From Gammaproteobacteria bacterium (GTDB lineage Bacteria; Pseudomonadota; Gammaproteobacteria; Eutrophobiales; Eutrophobiaceae): a DNA stretch of 64,000 bases. The notes beneath the pieces were generated by a model. That model did not search any database, had not been told where the DNA came from, and saw nothing but the letters and a program-made list of their open reading frames with translations. The stretch lies in contig CBDEUK010000002.1 in assembly GCA_965243205.1 (NCBI GenBank), forward strand, positions 1,120,001 through 1,184,000, in the 5' to 3' direction. A program made the position numbers and the translations under genes. Shown in pieces: positions 60,311 through 64,000 of the stretch (position 1 is the first letter of the stretch; the number at the start of each line of letters is the position of its first letter).

Positions 60311-62527
60311 TTGAGAACAGTTTTGATCGGTTATTTTAAAAAATATAATTATTTCATTTCACCTATTTTAATCGGCGTTATTTGTCTTATTGCTTCTATC
60401 AAAGCAATTAATTTTTACGACCAGTCATGGAAAGATAGACTCTTATCGTCCTTAAACAAAATGGGTGTGAGTAACTGTGTATACCTAACACGTCAAATAG
60501 AAAAATCTTTATCCGCTGCATATATCATGGGTAGTTTGATTAAGCAAAACAACGGTAACATTGATAAATTTGATGAATATGCAAAAGATATTTACAGTTC
60601 TTTTAGAAACATTACAAATATACAATTAGCACCTAATGGCATTATTGAAAAAATATATCCTCTCGAAGGTCATGAATCTGCATTAGGTCATGATTTAATC
60701 CATGATGATAAAAGGAAGAAAGAAGCAAAATTAGCCATTGAAACTAAAAAATTAACATTAGCAGGCCCGTTTAATTTAATTCAAGGTGGCGAAGGGATTA
60801 TTGGTCGCTATCCAATATTTATCTCATCAAGCCAAAATGAAGAAAAATTTTGGGGTTTTTCATCCGTCTTGATTTATTTAGAAGATGTTATCGTTATGTC
60901 AGGGTTGGATAATTTATCCGAAGAATATGAATATCAATTAAAACGATTACATCCCGATACATCTGAATTAGAAGTTATTGCTGGGGAAACCAACTTATCC
61001 AACTTCCAGTCTGATGAGTTTTCTGTTGCGGTCCCAAATGGAGAATGGTTTTTAACCTTGGCAATGAAACAACCATGGACTCATGCACCTTTCTATAATG
61101 CAGGTATCTCATTAGCATACATTTTATCAACACTAGTCGCATTATTATTATTCTACATATTAAGACAGCCGCTGTTATTACAAGAACTTGTTAACACGAA
61201 AACTGAACAACTAAGAAAACTCGCTCTCTATGATTCTTTAACTGGATTGTATAACCGTTATGAATTTGAAAGCCGAGTAAATTCAGTTCTTAAAAGAATA
61301 CATAGAGACAATACACAACATGTTTTGTGCTACATGGACTTGGATCAATTTAAAATAGTAAATGATACTTGTGGTCACGTAGCAGGTGATGAATTACTAA
61401 AACGAATAAGTGCTTTAATTAATAATAAAATTAGAGAAAGCGATATTCTTGCTCGATTGGGAGGAGATGAATTTGGTATTTTATTTGAAAACTGCTCTGT
61501 AAATGATGCTCAAAGAATTATGGATACGATCAGACAAGATATTCATGATTATCGATTCCATTGGAAAAATAAAATATTCAGAGTAGGTGTCAGTATTGGT
61601 CTAATTAAATTAGATAATAAGATATCAGATATTAATCAATTACTGAGCTTAGCAGACACTGCTTGTTATGTTGCTAAAGATAAAGGCCGCAATCGAATTC
61701 ATGTCTACACATTAGATGACGGAGATATCGCACAACAATTTAATGAAATGCAATGGACGACAAGAATTCATGAAGCTATAAAAAATAATCGTTTTTGTTT
61801 ATGCGCGCAACCTATTGAACCTACCTTAGATGAAGAAAAATTTTGTTATGAAATTTTACTGCGCATGGAAGATGAGGACGGTAGCATTATCTACCCCGAT
61901 CAATTTATTCCATCTGCAGAACGATATGGTTTAATGGAAGAAATTGACATGTGGGTCATTAATGAAACATTTAAAAACTTGGCGGCATTTCCAAACTTTT
62001 TACAGAATATAAAATACGTTTCAATTAATCTTTCAGGTTATGTGTTATCGAAAGACAATATGCTTGAATACATTGTCGAATCATTAAAAAAACACCATAT
62101 CAATGGCGAAAAAATATGTTTTGAAATCACAGAAACTGCTGCTGTGTCAAATATACAAAAAGCTGAAAAATTTATAAACGCATTGAAGAAACATCAATGC
62201 AGTTTTGCATTGGATGATTTTGGAAGTGGTTTATCATCATTTGCTTATCTTAAGTCATTATCTGTTGATTACTTAAAGATTGATGGTCTATTTGTAAAAA
62301 ACATGGACACACAAGAAATGGATTACGCAATGGTAAAATCTATTAATGAAATCGGCCAAATACTGGGATTAAAAACTATTGCAGAATTTGTCGAAAATAA
62401 CAAAATAAAAGCGATGTTAAAATTGTTGGGTGTCAATTACGCCCAAGGTTACGCAATAAGCAAGCCTATTGAGTTTGAATTAATTTTAAATCAATCACTC
62501 GAGCTCGAAAAAAAAATGTTTGAATGA
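60311..62527 (+). CDS. CHASE-GGDEF-EAL membrane c-di-GMP signalling protein
   Basis: TM, CHASE (IQLAPNG..IYP, LAGPFNL.QGG, FWGF), TM, GGDEF, EIL.R, EITE, DDFGSG.SS, AQGY. Confidence 0.92.
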   Translation: MRTVLIGYFKKYNYFISPILIGVICLIASIKAINFYDQSWKDRLLSSLNKMGVSNCVYLTRQIEKSLSAAYIMGSLIKQNNGNIDKFDEYAKDIYSSFRNITNIQLAPNGIIEKIYPLEGHESALGHDLIHDDKRKKEAKLAIETKKLTLAGPFNLIQGGEGIIGRYPIFISSSQNEEKFWGFSSVLIYLEDVIVMSGLDNLSEEYEYQLKRLHPDTSELEVIAGETNLSNFQSDEFSVAVPNGEWFLTLAMKQPWTHAPFYNAGISLAYILSTLVALLLFYILRQPLLLQELVNTKTEQLRKLALYDSLTGLYNRYEFESRVNSVLKRIHRDNTQHVLCYMDLDQFKIVNDTCGHVAGDELLKRISALINNKIRESDILARLGGDEFGILFENCSVNDAQRIMDTIRQDIHDYRFHWKNKIFRVGVSIGLIKLDNKISDINQLLSLADTACYVAKDKGRNRIHVYTLDDGDIAQQFNEMQWTTRIHEAIKNNRFCLCAQPIEPTLDEEKFCYEILLRMEDEDGSIIYPDQFIPSAERYGLMEEIDMWVINETFKNLAAFPNFLQNIKYVSINLSGYVLSKDNMLEYIVESLKKHHINGEKICFEITETAAVSNIQKAEKFINALKKHQCSFALDDFGSGLSSFAYLKSLSVDYLKIDGLFVKNMDTQEMDYAMVKSINEIGQILGLKTIAEFVENNKIKAMLKLLGVNYAQGYAISKPIEFELILNQSLELEKKMFE

Positions 62528-62609
62528 CAAAAAGATTAAAAGATATAACCTTATTAACTCTCTATCTTTAATAACCGAAAAGATCGATTTAATCAGAAAA
62601 TTATAAATG

Positions 62610-63533
62610 CTAGTTGATCATATATTTTAAATCCTCTTTTTTAGTTTTTAATAATAACAATCCAAATATAAAACCAATTAATGCTCCAATTAAGTGAGCG
62701 ATGAAATTGACATTAGAATCTGATTGTTGCGAGAGATAATAAATATTCCATCCAATATAAAACACAGCTAAGATCCAAGCCGAGAGACTAATCTTTTTAA
62801 AAAATATTAAAACCCATAATATGGCTCTAATCCTTGCCTTTGGCCAAAGGTAAACTAATGCTCCCATCATTCCAAACACTATGCCTGAAAGCCCTAAAAA
62901 TAAATTAGGAATTTCTGATCCTCCATACCAAATTGAAGATGCAATACCCACGCCTAAACTGATCGCAATAAAAAGTACAACAAATATTATTGGCCCAATA
63001 ATTAACTCAACTAATAAACCAAATGATAAATAGCCTAATATATTTCCAATTAAGTGATCCCAACTTCCATGAGCAAAAGATGATGAAATCATTTTCGTAA
63101 CATCCCAAGAACCTCCTACATAGATATATTCATTACGTAAATATTTTGGCGGATTACTTTTTTGAAATTTTTCATATCCTTTAGTTAAATATTTTTTTAC
63201 AAATTTTTTTGATTGTTCTTTTGAATAAATCGATAATTTTTTTGATTTCGAAACAAACTCATCAATAATAATTTTTGAATTTGGGTAAGTGTAAGTCTGC
63301 ATAAAAAAATACGCGCACGCTTCATTAGAATACTCTCCATAAATACTTTTTATTGCGATTTTAAATTTTCGACTTTTAATTTTTTCACAAGTCTCAATGG
63401 CTGACATCGATATATCTTCAATATTATTCTCAACACGCAAATGCAAAATTACACATAAGACAATAATGAAAATACTTAATATTGGATAGTAATTAAGCTG
63501 GACTTCAGGACGATAAGGAATAACTGCAAACAT
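62610..63533 (-). CDS. Rhomboid-family intramembrane serine protease
   Basis: FAHGSWDHLIGN, GLSG (Ser), AHLIG (His). Confidence 0.9.
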   Translation of the reverse strand: MFAVIPYRPEVQLNYYPILSIFIIVLCVILHLRVENNIEDISMSAIETCEKIKSRKFKIAIKSIYGEYSNEACAYFFMQTYTYPNSKIIIDEFVSKSKKLSIYSKEQSKKFVKKYLTKGYEKFQKSNPPKYLRNEYIYVGGSWDVTKMISSSFAHGSWDHLIGNILGYLSFGLLVELIIGPIIFVVLFIAISLGVGIASSIWYGGSEIPNLFLGLSGIVFGMMGALVYLWPKARIRAILWVLIFFKKISLSAWILAVFYIGWNIYYLSQQSDSNVNFIAHLIGALIGFIFGLLLLKTKKEDLKYMIN

Positions 63534-63574
63534 GATATTTCCGTATTTTTTAATTTTCCAAATATATTATTTAT

Positions 63575-64000
63575 TTACTTTAAATCATTAATTATATAAT
63601 GTGTGTCGGGCCTAAATCCACGCCAAATAAAAAACGCCTCTGCAGCCTGTTCAACTAACATACCCAAACCATCTAAGGCTTTTTCAGCACCATGTTGTAA
63701 GCTCCATTCTTGAAACACAGTCGTTTCTTTTGAATACATCATGTCGTAACTAGTTGCATGCCCATTAAAAATAGTTTCGGGTAATGGTAAAAGTTCTTTA
63801 TGCAAAGAACTCGAAGTTCCGTTAATAACTACATCAAAAGTTTGATTAACTAATGCATCATAATTTTGCGCAACTACTTTATTTTCATCGTTAAATAAAT
63901 CAGCTAATGCTTGGGCCTTGGAAACAGTTCGATTGCAAATGGTAATACTCTTAGGCTGTTGTTCTAATAAAGGTCCCAGTACACCTCTCACTGCACCACC
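63575..64000 (-). CDS. aroE: Shikimate dehydrogenase (partial; start outside window)
   Basis: GGAVRG, NRT..KA, INGTS, YDMMY, DGLGMLVEQAAEAF. Confidence 0.95.
   Translation of the reverse strand, partial: GGAVRGVLGPLLEQQPKSITICNRTVSKAQALADLFNDENKVVAQNYDALVNQTFDVVINGTSSSLHKELLPLPETIFNGHATSYDMMYSKETTVFQEWSLQHGAEKALDGLGMLVEQAAEAFFIWRGFRPDTHYIINDLK

Noticed and set aside
1-64000. CRISPR array, tRNA, rRNA or intact IS
   Set aside because: No regularly spaced repeats, no cloverleaf other than the tmRNA ends and no transposase ORF seen

Overview
AT-rich gammaproteobacterial chromosome segment. A conserved backbone (dnaJ-dnaK-grpE-hrcA / nadK-recN / fur / bamE / ratB-ratA / smpB-ssrA and lptD-surA-pdxA-rsmA, ending in a partial aroE) is interrupted by four accessory blocks. 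(i) An ECF16-type sigma/NrsF anti-sigma pair with a secreted spondin-domain gene lies between recN and fur. (ii) An ~18 kb nitrate/nitrite assimilation region (porin, nasT-nasS, nrtABD-type ABC, narK, PP2C-kinase fusion, nirB-nirD-nasC-nasA, phzF-like) has four promoters with sigma54, IHF-like and NtrC-like sites; only two of them also carry ANTAR twin-hairpin attenuators. (iii) An NSS transporter and a kinase-HDOD-GAF gene sit between ratA and smpB. (iv) Downstream of tmRNA, four unrelated secreted VPLPA-CTERM proteins alternate strictly with plus-strand genes (AraC, fatty-acid desaturase, DAHP synthase, yhbY). Other signals are CIRCE and two sigma32 promoters, several sigma28-like promoters, a DARS-like DnaA-box cluster after rsmA, a protease-FHA gene pair, an RND-SDR operon and a TRAP QM pair without P. 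No CRISPR array, rRNA, tRNA or intact transposase was seen. All calls come from reading the sequence and recalled family motifs; no database searches were run.
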